63,874 nt of DNA, filler included, from Octopus bimaculoides (GCF_001194135.2; 5 parts of 3 records of this genome joined end to end with filler, not necessarily neighbours in it); one strand, 5' to 3'. Positions 13,519-28,124 are shown, numbered from the whole stretch's first letter. The notes: generated by a model not told the origin, from the letters alone. Made by a program: numbers and translations.

Positions 13519-14669
13519 TACCTATGTGAGTGTCTCAGGGTTACAGCCCGTGAACAGCAGACGTGGAACTCATTAAGCACGCGCGTGAGCACACAAACTC
13601 GCGCGCGCGCACCCGATTCAGTTTTGAAAAGAACCTCTAAGCTTGTCGATGCATAAAACATTCTTTTTTCACCTTGCAAAATTTTTCTTGGATTCTTGCG
13701 TGTATACACACNNNNNNNNNNNNNNNNNNNNNNNNNNNNNNNNNNNNNNNNNNNNNNNNNNNNNNNNNNNNNNNNNNNNNNNNNNNNNNNNNNNNNNNNN
13801 NNNNNNNNNNNNNNNNNNNNNNNNNNNNNNNNNNNNNNNNNNNNNNNNNNNNNNNNNNNNNNNNNNNNNNNNNNNNNNNNNNNNNNNNNNNNNNNNNNNN
13901 NNNNNNNNNNNNNNNNNNNNNNNNNNNNNNNNNNNNNNNNNNNNNNNNNNNNNNNNNNNNNNNNNNNNNNNNNNNNNNNNNNNNNNNNNNNNNNNNNNNN
14001 NNNNNNNNNNNNNNNNNNNNNNNNNNNNNNNNNNNNNNNNNNNNNNNNNNNNNNNNNNNNNNNNNNNNNNNNNNNNNNNNNNNNNNNNNNNNNNNNNNNN
14101 NNNNNNNNNNNNNNNNNNNNNNNNNNNNNNNNNNNNNNNNNNNNNNNNNNNNNNNNNNNNNNNNNNNNNNNNNNNNNNNNNNNNNNNNNNNNNNNNNNNN
14201 NNNNNNNNNNNNNNNNNNNNNNNNNNNNNNNNNNNNNNNNNNNNNNNNNNNNNNNNNNNNNNNNNNNNNNNNNNNNNNNNNNNNNNNNNNNNNNNNNNNN
14301 NNNNNNNNNNNNNNNNNNNNNNNNNNNNNNNNNNNNNNNNNNNNNNNNNNNNNNNNNNNNNNNNNNNNNNNNNNNNNNNNNNNNNNNNNNNNNNNNNNNN
14401 NNNNNNNNNNNNNNNNNNNNNNNNNNNNNNNNNNNNNNNNNNNNNNNNNNNNNNNNNNNNNNNNNNNNNNNNNNNNNNNNNNNNNNNNNNNNNNNNNNNN
14501 NNNNNNNNNNNNNNNNNNNNNNNNNNNNNNNNNNNNNNNNNNNNNNNNNNNNNNNNNNNNNNNNNNNNNNNNNNNNNNNNNNNNNNNNNNNNNNNNNNNN
14601 NNNNNNNNNNNNNNNNNNNNNNNNNNNNNNNNNNNNNNNNNNNNNNNNNNNNNNNNNNNNNNNNNNNNA

Positions 14670-15300
14670 GTGTGTTGGGGTGGGGTGGGATGAGCTTATG
14701 AGGGAGGGTTGACGATGAAGGGGAAGGGGTGGCGATGAAGGGGGAAGGGGAAGGTAGATATAAGAGAGGGGGAAGGTGGGTATGGGAGGAGGGAGAAAGA
14801 GAGGAAGAGGGAGAGAAAGAGAGTAAGAGAAAAGAGAGTTTGAGCGAGAGAAAGAGAGAAGAGAGTGTGAGAGAGAGAGAGAGAGTAAGAGAGAAGAGAG
14901 TGAGAGAGAAAAGAGAGTAAGAGAGTAAGAGTGAGAGAGGGGAGAGTAAGAGAGAAGAGAGTGAAAGAGAGTAAGAAAGTAAGAAAGAGGAGAGAAAGAG
15001 TAGGGGTGAAGAGAAGTAGGAGTGAAGAGAAGTAGGAGTGAAGAGAGGTAGGAGTGAAGAGAAGTAGGAGTGAAGAGAAGTGAAGAGACGTACAGAGAAG
15101 TAGGAGTCGGAGCAGGAGGGGAGAGGTGGGTGGGAGGNNNNNNNNNNCAAACGGGAGTCCGGATGGCCCCTGTGCATGGACAATCCAAACACGGACAGGT
15201 GTTGCTGCAAGGAGTGACCGGCAGAATGGAAATGGCGTGACACCGGGGTGTCATTGCAAACGTTGATGTCTCGGAGGTGTTCCGCGAATCGGTCGGCCAT
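14670..15300 (-). mobile_element. Penelope-like element 3' fragment: GIY-YIG C-terminus plus CT-rich 3' UTR
   Basis: ADRFAEHLRDINVCNDTPVSRHFHSAGHSLQQHLSVFGLSMHRGHPDSRL in the ORF track; same family as 23351-24460. Confidence 0.85.
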
Positions 15301-15576
15301 ACATATGTATGCATGTATATGTATGTGAGATAATAGTTTCACTTTAATAGTTTCAGTATTAATAGCGAAACCATTAAACTGAAAGTATCTCACATTACGA
15401 TAGAGATGTTGTTTCACTTTTGTTGCGTAATACTGAAATAGTGTGAGAGATAAGAGATTACACCGGACTCGCATTAGGCAAGAAGTTGAGAATTCTTTTA
15501 GCCCTTGACACTGCATAAGGCATGTGTAAAATTTTAATGAAATCGGTTGAGTAGTTCTCGAGTTCTAGGGATTCAC

Positions 15577-15619
<43 letters not shown>

Positions 15620-15631
15620 CATTCACAGTTT

Positions 15632-15665
<34 letters not shown>

Positions 15666-16528
15666 GAATGCACATATATTTGAATATATATATATATGTT
15701 TAGCGTATATATGTGTGTGTGCATTCCTATCTGTGTTTGTGTATGTGTGCGTGAAATCAATTTAAGAATTATTTATCTCATCCAAAATAACTAATTTTTC
15801 TATATTGTTTATGACGTCACAATATCAATGACATTTGTCCGGAGTGTTTGATTCAAAAAACTTGACATTCGTTCAACCTTTCACAGAGATCAGAGGCTAG
15901 AAAATGAGTGAGCCAGGAGGTTCGCCCAAAACTCTAAGACCAGCATAAAGTCAATCATCTTAAACTTGTTTTTGGTGTTTGTGGGATTGTTTTACGCACC
16001 GTTGAGTTCTTAAACACACTGTAACATGCTGGTTGGTAGCATAACATAATTATAAGGTGTTACGATAGTGTTACTGGAAACGTATGAACTTGTAACCATA
16101 CAATTTCAGAAGATCAGAACAGAAAACTTGGGTGTTCCAACCAAATACATATACTTCGCTCTCGATACATTGACGCAGAATATTTAGTTTTTAAGTAATT
16201 GTGTTTCTGTAAAGAGAATGTTATATCAAATACAGTTACAAACACGGTGGGTATTTTGATAAAAAGTTTGTTTTTAAAATGTTTGAGAAGTATTTCAAGG
16301 CGTTTTTATAATAAATCGATTGTTGATTAGATGTTCGATATTCTGCATATATCACTACCGTGGCGAGCAAATTACCGCGTACATCTTCGGTGAAAAGTAC
16401 GTATTTGTCTAGAATTTTATTTATGTATGTGTTTGTGTATGTAATATCTATCTCTCGTTCTCCTTCAGTCATTCTCTCATCTCTTTCTTTGTTTTTTTCG
16501 TTTTGTCCCTGTCTACCCTCTCTCAGTC

Positions 16529-16583
<55 letters not shown>

Positions 16584-17000
16584 GCCTGCCTGCGCGCGTG
16601 TGCATGCATTTGTGGTTGTGTGTAATACATACGTACACCCACACGAATCCTTTATGCCTGCATGCCAAAGAATCAGCGAGATAACATCAATATTTTAGCA
16701 AGATAAAAGTTGGGAATAGTAGCTAAATACTCCTCAAATCACAACCTGCTATTCTATATGTATGCACGAACTAACCAAGTAGCCATATTCCCTCATATCA
16801 CAACCTGATGTCTTTTGTTCAGGTAAGGAAAGAGCTGGTTTCTAACAAAGATACAATGCTCCATTGATGAAAGAAAGTCACATTTTGAACTTGAGATATG
16901 TCTTGCATATTTTAACTATTCCATTTACACATTGGATTTGAAAATATCGTTGACAGCTGGTTGATCGTTTTTCTGAACACCCAGTTTTTCTAGATTATCG

Positions 17001-17308
17001 TTGTTGCTGTTGGCACTCCGTCGCTTACGACGACGTCGAGGGTTCCAGTTGATCCGATCAACGGAACAGCCTGCTCGTGAAATTAACGTGCAAGTGGCTG
17101 AGCACTCCACAGACACGTGTACCCTTAACGTAGTTCTCGGGGATATTCAGCGTGACACAGTGTGACAAGGCTGGCCCTTTAAATTACAGGCACAACAGAA
17201 ACAGGAAGTAAGAGTGAGAGAAAGTTGTGGTGGAAGAGTACAACAGGGTTCGCCACCATTCCCTGCCGGAACCTCGTGGAGCTTTAGGTGTTTTCGCTCA
17301 ATAAACAC
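17001..17308 (-). mobile_element. tRNA-derived SINE (same family as 8722/10480), head lost in a gap
   Basis: Reverse complement of the 10480 copy from ...tttattgagcgaaaacacc to ...ggagtgccaacagcaacaa. Confidence 0.9.
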
Positions 17309-17981
17309 NNNNNNNNNNNNNNNNNNNNNNNNNNNNNNNNNNNNNNNNNNNNNNNNNNNNNNNNNNNNNNNNNNNNNNNNNNNNNNNNNNNNNNNNNNNN
17401 NNNNNNNNNNNNNNNNNNNNNNNNNNNNNNNNNNNNNNNNNNNNNNNNNNNNNNNNNNNNNNNNNNNNNNNNNNNNNNNNNNNNNNNNNNNNNNNNNNNN
17501 NNNNNNNNNNNNNNNNTATCCTTATACATCGCTGGTTACAATGCGCTTCCCTCACTTCTTTGTTTAATTGCACACATCCCTTCCATTCGGGCCTGAATAT
17601 TTTGGCTCATATCGTCTTTGCATCATCTTGGAAGTTTTTTTTGAATGGGTTTTTTTTTTCGATCTCTTGTATACCACTCGACAACTGTACGGGACCACGA
17701 GTTACTTGTGACCCTTGCGACAACCGGCCCTGCAGAACTTGTCTCATTATTCCGCGATCACATCGTCCACTCCACCCCGTGTGTGTGTGTGTGTGTGGTG
17801 GTCGTATGTGTGTGTGTACGATCAGTTTCTTTCCAACCAGCTTTTCCTTCAAGCACTGTCTGATATGTAGCCTTTTCCACTCCCTACGGCAAGTTCATTG
17901 TATCCCTGTAGTCAATTTTACTGTATGTATGTATGTATGTATGTATGTATGTATGTATGTATGTATGTATGTATGTATGTT

Positions 17982-18118
<137 letters not shown>

Positions 18119-18612
18119 TTGTCTGTCTGTCTATCTTATCTATCTATTGCATGTGTGTGTGTGTGTGTGTGTATGTATGTTCCTTTATTCTTTTATTCTT
18201 ATATTCGTCTCAGTCATGTGACTGCGGCCATGCTGGAGCACCGCATTGAAGGCTTTTATTCCAACAAATCGACCTCAGGACTTAGTTTTTTAAAGCCTAG
18301 TACTTATTTTATCGATATCTTTTGCCGAACCGCTAAGTCACGGGGACGGGGGACAAACAGAAACGAAGGCACACACACATGTATGCATGTATGTATGTAT
18401 GTATGTATGCATGCATGTATGTATGTATGTATGTATGTATGTATGTATGTATGTATGTATGTATGCACATTTTCACCCACACCCATACAGATATATAAAT
18501 ACTTGCATGCATAATATATATATATATATTCTGATAATGACTAGCGGAAAATTGCCTTGAGGGTGGTGTCTATGTTAGTAACTTCAATAAATGGTTGGCA
18601 ATTGCTTTCTAC

Positions 18613-19241
18613 TTCCTTAATACCATTGCATAGCCACAATCTGTCTGTAAAGGAAATACCTGCTTACGTCAATATATTTGATGTGATATACATACACGGA
18701 ATTGAGTAATATATAATGGTTCCAGGAAATAAACCAAAGGAGTTACAAACATTGGCAATCTGGCAACGAGCTATATATATGAAGCATATTGCATAATATG
18801 ATATAAAGCCAATTCTCAAAGTTAGAATAGCGAAGGATATCGAATTGCACGTAAAGCTAACGATACAATCATACCAGAAGCTGATAGTTATGAAAATGAA
18901 GTCATAGATAACAAAGGATGGATAACCCCCTCGAAGGGGGCTAAAATATAGTCGTCCCTTGTGGCGCCTGGAACTTAGAATATAGGACAAAACTAAATGT
19001 TGCAAGACATTTACACCTTCTAAGAGCGTTGTGCAATTCCAATAAATTATTGACCAATAGACAATCTATTACAATCGCATCGCGCTTTTCGTTGTTAGGT
19101 TCTGAGTTCAAATTCCGCCGATGTCGACTTTGCTTTCATCCTTTCGGGGTCGATAAAATAAGTACGAGTTGAACACTGGGGTCGATGTAATCGACTCATC
19201 CCCTCTCCTAAAATTGTTGCCCTTGTGACAAAATTTGAAAC

Positions 19242-19290
<49 letters not shown>

Positions 19291-19631
19291 GATTTATTGA
19301 ATCTGATACTGCCAGAATCGTTATAACATCGAAAAAGAATATCTTGTGGCATTTGTTTAGGCTCTTTACGTTCTGAATCCAAATACCACAGAGACCGAGG
19401 TTAACTTCGCCATTCATCTATCTGAGATCGACGAAATAAAGAACGTCAAACACTGGGCAAGAAAGAAAGAAAGAAAGAAAGAAAGAATGAAAAAAGAAAG
19501 AAAGAAAAGTTAGTTGGTAGGTCGGTAGGTAAATAGACAGACAGATAGTCAGACAGACAAATATATAGACAGGCAGGCAGGAAGGCAGACAGGCAAACAG
19601 ACAGACAGACAGACAAGCAGACGGATAGATG

Positions 19632-19681
<50 letters not shown>

Positions 19682-20197
19682 AGGCCTGCCAGTGAGTGGT
19701 TGGCCTTCATGTCAACTACTGAACGATCAAAAGCACATCTGTGTTCATCACCGTAATTTGTGTAATTATTATTTCTTCATTTATTTCAATAGATTGCTCT
19801 CTTTTCATAAGACGCCAAACTAGACTTCCATTGACGAAGCAAAAAAGATCATCCCCGATCAAGTGGATTATTCCAGTCATGACCATCCATCCTTTGTTAT
19901 CTATGACTTCATTTTCATAACTATCAGCTTCTGGTATGATTGTATCGTTAGCTTTACATGTAATTCAATATCCTTCGCTATTCTAACATAGAGAATTGGC
20001 TTTATATCATATTATGCAATATGCTTCATATATATATAGCTCGTTGCCAGATTGCCAATGTTTGTAACTCCTTTGGTTTATTTCCTGGAACCATTATATA
20101 TTACTCAATTCCTTGTATGTATATCACATCAAATATATTGACGTAAGCAGGTATTTCCTTTACTGACAAATTGTGGTTGTGCAATGGTATCAAGGAA
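18613..20197. repeat. Long inverted repeat: ~310-bp arms (18613-18923 / 19885-20197), ~960-bp spacer
   Basis: The arms read as reverse complements with only scattered substitutions and one TA indel (roughly 95% identity by eye). Confidence 0.9.
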
Positions 20198-21377
20198 TTG
20201 GCCGAAACAGTAGAGTGCAGGACAAAATAACTTGCAGTGTTTAGTTCCATCCCTTTATGTTTTGATTTGGATTTCGTCTGAGGTCAAGTTTCCATTTAAC
20301 TCTCTTCCCAGGGACACTCAACAAAAATAAGTATTAGTTACGTAGATAGAATGATTCACTCATCGAGCTCCCCTCTTATAGTTTGTCATACTGTATCAGA
20401 ACGAAAATTTATTTTGTTCTTTTTTCTTTTTCATCTATGAATCAAGTGGAACCAATTTATGTAATTACTCTGAGCTATGTAGGGAGGAAAGAATAGACGT
20501 TTATACAGGATCTGTAACTCTACTTATCATTATGCAGAACTGAAAAACTTAGCCTCTTGCAGGCAATCAAAATATACATGCTTGGTGGGTCTGTTTATAT
20601 TGTATCTGTTTATATTGTATTTGTTTATATTAGTGCCATCTGCGTCAGGGTTTATATTGTATCTATCTGTTTATATTGTATCTATTGGATGAAGGGATGT
20701 TATCACATTAATACGTATACGTAACTTATAACTAGGACAATGGCTGTGCTAGATTTGGGTATTGTTAACGACGCTGCAGTTCAGGGCTCACATAATTCAC
20801 GAGGACCGCAAAATAATTAAACAGCGTATATGTTTTCAGTTTTTGTGAGACCTTGTATAATATTTTAACAATAGGGCTTCCAGGCTTGGTCTAAGTCTAG
20901 CACTGACATGATTGTTAGCTTGCTAAGATGTTGATGGAAATAATTAAGGACCCTGCTTTGATGATGAAGCAGCAGAAACTCCCCACTTACTTCTCTTCTA
21001 ACCCCTTTGGAATTGTAAACGTTTGAGATAAGTATGTAAATGCTTATGTTTATTTGTGGTGATGAGTTGATATATTAGTGCTATCTGCGTCAGGGTTTAT
21101 CAATGCTAACTTTTAAGTTATTAATTCAAACGTTTGGGTACCCAGTGTAAGCGTTTGGGTTTGTATGCTGTTGGCAGAAGAGAAGTGATCAGTTTCCTAA
21201 TTTAAGGTTCTTCCTTGAGATATGGACATATTTTATTCTCTTAAACACTTCAAATGTAGCTAAGATTGTACCCATCCCAGAAAGATTGTCGAATGGCGAA
21301 CTGCAACAAATTATTTCTGGCAGACAAATGTCTCCATTGAATATTTATGTGGGAGTAGGGGAAAATGTTTGAGTTCA

Positions 21378-21425
<48 letters not shown>

Positions 21426-21543
21426 CGTGCGTGCGTGTGTTTGTGGTGAAATTGAGTTAAGAAGCATTTGTCTAATCCAAAGAATTATTTTCTGTATTGT
21501 GCTTATGACGTCACAATATCGGTGACGTTTGTCCATAGTTAAA

Positions 21544-22438
21544 AGGTGTTCGGGATAAATTCGACAGTTTGTATCTAAGAAAAAAAAACAAAACAATATC
21601 CCATCCAAAAGTAAAAGTGTTTTTAAAAAATTGAAAAAAACATCAACTAAATCGTGACTGGGGGATAACAGTTTATTCAACGTAGCTTCAAATACCACGG
21701 CCTCGAGACGGCCCCGAAACCTGGCGCATGCGTTTTTGACTGTGTCCCTGAGAAGATCTTCAAACATTTCCTTCATGTTGGTCACCAGCTCTGCCTTGGT
21801 GTTGCAGGGAGAGCTGTTGATGTCTTTCTCAACCGTATTCCACATTCCTCCTAATGTAATCCATGGGATTGTAATCGGAGGCATTAGGAAACCAGACATT
21901 GGGATTGGTGAAGTTGTGGAAAATTCTTCAACGACTGACTCTTTCCAGAGGTATGGTAAAGAACTGAATCCTGCTCCCACACCCATGGCCTTCCAGCAAC
22001 GACCTTCTCCTGCCAGGCATTGACCATAGTCTCCAGTAGCCTCATGTAGCTGTCTAAGCTGATCCTAAAGCCCTGTTCACAGATGTGAGGATGAATTCCG
22101 GCGTGCGGATGCAATCAGAACTCCTACTGTGTTCGTTTCTGCTGGCCATGGCTCCGTAGTCTCCGTTGCAGCTGTCCTGTCTTACAGCCTTTACAGTGTT
22201 CACAGAGCATTGAGTAGCAGTCATGATATTCGCATTTTAACACCCTATGCGAATCATCGTGATACATGTAACTATTTTCCAATATTCAGATGGCTTCTAG
22301 CCCTCCATGTCGGCTAGAGTTTTCTCAACTACAACTTTAATATTTAGGCTTTCCAATGCCGTTGACTGTTCACCAACACATCAAGCCGTTCCTGCCAAAA
22401 GAGACATAAAAATCATCAGATTTAGCTCGAACACCCTG
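21544..22438 (-). mobile_element. Tc1/mariner (maT/DD37D-like) transposon relic, internally deleted, frameshifted transposase C-terminus
   Basis: YMRLLETMVNAWQEKVVAGRPWVWEQDSVLYHTSGKSQ / VWFPNASDYNPMDY / WNTVEKDINSSPCNTKAELVTNMKEMFEDLLRDTVKNACARFRGRLEAVV; imperfect TIRs aggtgttcgggataaattcga (21544) and tcagatttagctcgaacaccctg (to 22438). Confidence 0.85.
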
Positions 22439-22479
22439 TGTGTGTGTGTGTGAGCTCTATTTCCTCTTGATCGATAAAT

Positions 22480-22690
22480 TTCTGGATCGCCTGTTCCGCC
22501 AAGGTTTTGTTTATGAGAATTTTGCCACCTTACCCGAAGGATATTTCCGAAGACATCTATTTACAAATGTTTGGAATTTGTCGATGGAGAACTTTCTGAC
22601 TCGCTATCATTCACATTCGCACAGCAGAACTGTCCTCACTAGGACATACATATTTACTGGAGCTGTAGAGTCGATGTAGAAATAACATTA
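22480..22690 (-). mobile_element. RTE-clade LINE fragment (post-RT region), decayed
   Basis: Minus translation VRTVLLCECE**RVRKFSIDKFQTFVNRCLRK resembles the RTE motif SVLLYGCETW...KLQTFVNRCLRKI. Confidence 0.6.
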
Positions 22691-23250
22691 AAATCAATGC
22701 GTTCTCTTCTACTTCAGAGACTGGACTGATATTCCAAAGAAGGATCATGGCGAGATGTTTCATTACGTAGACTCTAGTACTCCGTTGAAGTTTATTTTTT
22801 ATCGGCTACCAAGAGCATAAAGAGCAATGCTACTCTATGGTTACAATGGCAGTTTTCAAATCAGAACCCATATACTGTCATACGTTAAGTACAAATAATG
22901 ATTTTTTTTCAACCATCATTCTGCCCATTAATAAATCAATGTTGAATATGTTGAACAAGTTGGCTTTCGGAATGTTGCCTTAAAATGGTTGCTTATACAT
23001 CGCATGTAATGTACGTGTTGTTGCCTCGTTGTTAACAGCTCTGATCAAACCAATATATTAGTGTGCGAATGTAATTCAATAGGTAAGCTGTTCATCTGCA
23101 CACAGCGATTCAACTGACGACATTTGATTAATTCCTGCATATATAGACACACACTACACTGGCGTATACACTTCCAATCCGTCCTCTACAAATAAATATA
23201 TACATATATATATATGTATATGTATATGTATATGTATATATATATATATA

Positions 23251-23350
23251 NNNNNNNNNNNNNNNNNNNNNNNNNNNNNNNNNNNNNNNNNNNNTTAATT
23301 AATTAANNNNNNNNNNNNNNNNNNNNNNNNNNNNNNNNNNNNNNNNNNNN
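23251..23350. other. Artificial assembly spacer N44-TTAATTAATTAA-N44 (also ~42055-42155, ~59974-60073, ~62548-62647)
   Basis: An identical 12-mer with stops in all six frames is centred in ~100-bp N blocks four times. Confidence 0.95.
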
Positions 23351-24460
23351 CATCTACTGCATCTCCTGCACTCTCTACCCTTCTCTATACCTCAGGCAAA
23401 CGGGACGCCGCTTAGCTGACCGATTCATGGAGACATCCGACTCGGCAATGACACCCCGGTCTCACGCCATTTCCGCTCTACCGATCACTCTTTGCAACAC
23501 CTGTCCCTGTTCGGATTGTCCTTATACAGGGCCATCCGTACTCCATTTTGCGCCGTGAACAGGGATTAATCTTCTCTCTTCGCTCCTTTGCCCCACATGG
23601 GCTCATCTCTCCTCCCCTCTTCATCTAACCTACTCCACTCGCCTCTCTCCTTCTCACACCTACTTCTTCCTAGCCACCTATCCTAACTTCCTCCAACTCC
23701 TACTTCTTGTCTTCACTCCTACTCTCCTTCTCTTGTTTCTTCACTCCAACCCACCTCCTCCCTTCTTCCTTCATCGTCACTCCTTCCTCGTAACGCCACC
23801 CCACCCCTACACACTCCAACCCTACCTTCCCTATCTATCCCAGCCGAGCCCAACCCCTACACCCACTCTCTCATACCCCAACTCTACCCCATCCTCTACC
23901 TATCCATATACCCCACCTCTACCCCCACCCTCAGCCTAACACACACTCCACTCTTGTTTCCCCACTCTCGCGTCCCCCACCTCTCAACACCATCATACCA
24001 CACCAAACACCGCTACACCACCATACGACACAACATCACATCACATCACAATACCACGTACACACTAGCACTGATCATTTCCCAACCCCACATCCAAGCC
24101 CTACATATACAAACAAGCACACATCAAGGTCACCAGCCCTCTTCCACACACCTATACTTTCCTATACATTCGGACGTGCACCTTCGTTTTGGGATCACCA
24201 CTACTTTATTATCTCCCCTTCTTCCTAGATCTCCTGTGTGACCCCTCTGTCCGGCATTCGCCATGATAGATCGCTAGCCACTACACATTTTTAAAATTTT
24301 CTCTCCTTGTTTCTTTCTGTGTTCCTTTCTGTGGGAGAGCGTACGCTCGAAACGTTAAAGACTTTTTCACTTCCCAAGCGTTAAACTAATACATCTGTTT
24401 GTTGTCTACACTACCTGTCTTCGTCTTCTATTTTTTTTGTGAATTCTCCCTATACATACA
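23351..24460 (+). mobile_element. Penelope-like element 3' portion: GIY-YIG C-terminus, CT/CA-rich UTR, hammerhead-like tail
   Basis: GQTGRRLADRF...NDTPVSRHFRSTDHSLQHLSLFGLSLYRGHP...REQGLIFSLRSFAPHG; ends with the tail shared with 5460-5620 and 37700-37860. Confidence 0.85.
24325..24360 (+). ncRNA. Minimal hammerhead-like motif, variant/degenerate core
   Basis: cttt-CTGTGGG-A-GAGC gtac GCTC-GAAA-CGTT-aaag. Confidence 0.5.
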
Positions 24461-24495
24461 TACATACATACATACAAATAAACAAACATACACAC

Positions 24496-24527
<32 letters not shown>

Positions 24528-26653
24528 TCATTTAAACATAGTAATTAGGTTGGTTCGACCTACTGAAGTAACTTTATTGGGGATAACAGCGCTCTAGCTT
24601 ATCTTGAAGAGTCGTTGTGTATGTTTACGTCAGAATAATTTATTTTGAACCTGAGAAAAAATGTATGTAAACACATTTAACAAAACTTTCAAACATTTCA
24701 CTTCAGTGGAATACTTCGGTATAGTAACTTCCATCTGTCTCATTGCTCCAATGCTTTACTGCTAGTCGCATTTTAATTAAAGTTTCACATTTTTCTATTT
24801 GTTAAATTTTACGAGAAGATTATCATTTCAAATTTCCATAATTCATTTAGTTATTTTTTTATTTAATGTATTAGTAACCGCTCTGATTTTTTAGAGGAAT
24901 TATCACTATTATAGTTTCTCTATACATCGTGTTCATTAGCATTTGTATCTTTATTATTTACTGAATGCTGATTTCCTTAATATATAGTGAAGAGTGAATC
25001 GTTATTTCTCTTTCAATAATTCTGCAAGGTTTCAATCTCTGAATCTTTTTGATTCTGTCATAACATTAAATTCCCCCGTAGTTACATTTCAAATTCAATT
25101 ATTAATTTTGAATAACATGAGAAGGTATCATATTTCGGTCCTTCTCATGGCCTGAGATGCATTTCTTTCATGCTTACGGCCATTACAACTCCTCCAACCT
25201 GTTACCTGTGTTATACTGCTCAGATACGTGTTTAAATTAGACGATTGTCTTTTCAAATCAAATCATACAATTTTGACGAAAACCTTTATATTTGTCATTC
25301 AATTTTAATGTGACTCTGAAGAAGAAAAATATCTGGGTCTGTTCTCTGCTTTTTCAGCCGATCGATTAATAATATTAAACTATGGAAATGGGCCCCTCCA
25401 AATTTTTTCAGAAAAATATGTAAGCTTTCAACACATGTATAGATTAGTTTATCTGTGTATATTTTCTACACACACATTCATATATGCGTATACATGCATA
25501 TATGGTTTAAACATGATATTTATCTCGGGAATCAAGGTTCGATCTGCCGATATTGTCATGTAATATCATAGAATCAAGGAAATATATTCGAGAAATATAG
25601 TTTCTGTTTAGGCTGCATTCTAAATTCATCACGCTCCTGACCAGTGTCTTCCTATCGTTCCAATGTTCAACGCCATTCTTTTTGCATTTTTTTTTAATAT
25701 GTATATATTTGCTACAAATAAAAATCATGGGAAATGTCTGTTGCTGAGAAATCTACTCGGTGACAGATTCTATGCAAATCAGGAGCAGATGGGCAGAGAA
25801 AAATCGAAATCTAATATATTCATAACCGTCGGCGCATTGGTAAAATGCAGATATCTTGGACACTCCTGAATACAGCCATAATTATGTGCTGGTCGCAATC
25901 CATATGAATTGGCAATCGAGGAAATTATATCAGGTTCCTACGGTATGTAATAATATATTGTATATTGACGGCAAAATTATGTTAAGATTGACCGGTTTTA
26001 TAGCAGCTCAATATAATATCTAACCATTCAAATAATACCTAAATAGTAACAAAAATCAAAATAAAAAGAATAATTGATTTCTCTGATTACGAAACAACGC
26101 ACCGTCCACTGAAAAAATTCGATCAGCATACAATTTTCCTACATTTATTTAGATTAGCAAATCGAGCAATAGGAAATATTATACGAAATACCTGTGTACA
26201 AATGGAGAGATGGTAGTCGTCTTTACAATGACCATCCAGATACTTTCAAATGATAAACACATACAAATAAAGTATTCTTCGCATTTGCATACAGAATTTA
26301 AGTAGAAGAAAACATTTGTACTTCTTGCTTTTTTTTTAACACGAAACTAAATCGATGCCAGAGGCTACATGCTTGGCAAATTTATGCTATCTTGTTCGGT
26401 AATGGAAATTGTTGAAACGTAAATCTAAAAATAATAATAAATAATGAAATGGGAAAATGAAAACACGATCTTGCCTTTTAAACGATAGAAATCGAAAACA
26501 CAATATTACCAGTGTCAGATGATTAGAACAGATTGATGCGGAAATATGTAATTCCATATTTCGAAGCTTCGTTCTCATTTTCTATGAGGAGCGAGAAAAA
26601 AGGAGACGGAGAGTAATGTGAATTATCAATGTACATACATATGTACATGTATA

Positions 26654-26711
<58 letters not shown>

Positions 26712-26761
26712 AATATATATATACATATATATATATACATATATCTATCTATCTATCTATC

Positions 26762-26823
<62 letters not shown>

Positions 26824-26876
26824 TATACGTATAGGCACATACGCATATATATACACGCATACGCACAGCTACGTTT

Positions 26877-26917
<41 letters not shown>

Positions 26918-28124
26918 CGTGCGTGTGTTTGCCTGCGTATGTGTGTGTGTGTATGTGTATACGGCTATTTTATTCACAACTGCGTAAACCAGAGGGACCG
27001 AGAAGATATTTCAATATTACAAAGCCTCAAGGCGGTGAGCTGGCAGACTATTTGCGGCGCTAGGAAAAATGCTTAGCTACCTTTCGTCCGTCTTTACGTT
27101 CTTAGTTCAACTCTCGCCAGTGTCAGTTTTGCCTTTCATACTTTCTTGGCCGAAATTTCTGTTCATGTGTCAAAATTTGAAACCAATATTGCAAAGTTTA
27201 CTGCATGTTTAATATGAATGTAAATACAATTTATACATGATGAGAGAAAATGCAAAGGGGGTTGACAAATTCTGAAGCGGATCGCTTCACGATTTGTTAT
27301 ATGTGACTTCCTTTCCCAACAAACAATGTATTCTAGGTGATGTATAAAACAGCCATTAATCGAAGTAGCACATTAGTGGATAAATTAAATTTGGACTTTT
27401 GAAGGATCATCATTGATTAAATAATAGAAGTGACAAATTGAGATGAGCGGTATAATCTGTATTTTATTGGTAAACATGAATCCCCTACAATTACGTTACC
27501 ACACATGTTTTAATGTATTTCATTCCGTCATTGCTGTCCTCCTCGAAAAATGATGGATATTCAAGAATCCAATCGTAGGATCGATCGAAAAATCAACAAT
27601 TATGACTGTAGTTGATTGACTTAGTTGATAATTTATCAAAGATATTGACGTTAGTATTGAATTTACCAATATGACTGTTGCTATCCCACTTTTAATTATT
27701 TTAGTTAATTAAAGATAATAAAAAATTATTATTTGATCCCAAACGGTTTTGTTTATTTGAAATCATGAGCTATATCTCGCGCTTGTTTACCTAATCGCAG
27801 AATGGAATCAAGGCATTGACCGTATTGATGATGGACAAATAAAAAATGCGGCATACGTCTCGTGTGACTCAAAGTAACATAAAGATACTTGGCCATTTCA
27901 TAGTGAAATGAATGTAAATGTTGAAGTCAATGACAAAACTATGTTTCATAGTATTGATACCACCATTGTTATAAAGTTAGATGATTATGACCATTTAAAT
28001 GATAGTGAAATTTGACATATTTTTCAGTAATAGTAAGTCAGACTTAGCATATGTGTGTGAGTATGTATGTATGTATCTGTGTATATATAAAATTTTAAAA
28101 AGCAACACGCATTTTCAAGGTAAT

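Noticed and set aside
815-15516. Long ORFs of 200-635 aa in the ORF track (e.g. 815-1765, 11321-12383, 13407-15516)
   Set aside because: They are open only because of N-runs and simple repeats; the only real coding piece is the PLE fragment at ~15150-15300.
17680-17780. Cys-rich peptide CTGPRVTCDPCDNRPCRTC
   Set aside because: Short, with no convincing splice signals or family match; could be chance or a PLE remnant.
23295-23306. TTAATTAATTAA islands inside N-runs (also 42099, 60018, 62592)
   Set aside because: Identical six-frame-stop linker centred in ~100-bp gaps: an assembly spacer, not biology.
25829-25950. Possible exon DILDTPEYSHNYVLVAIHMNWQSRKLYQVPT ending at cg|gtatgt
   Set aside because: The acceptor lacks a polypyrimidine tract and the peptide is unrecognised; not supportable.
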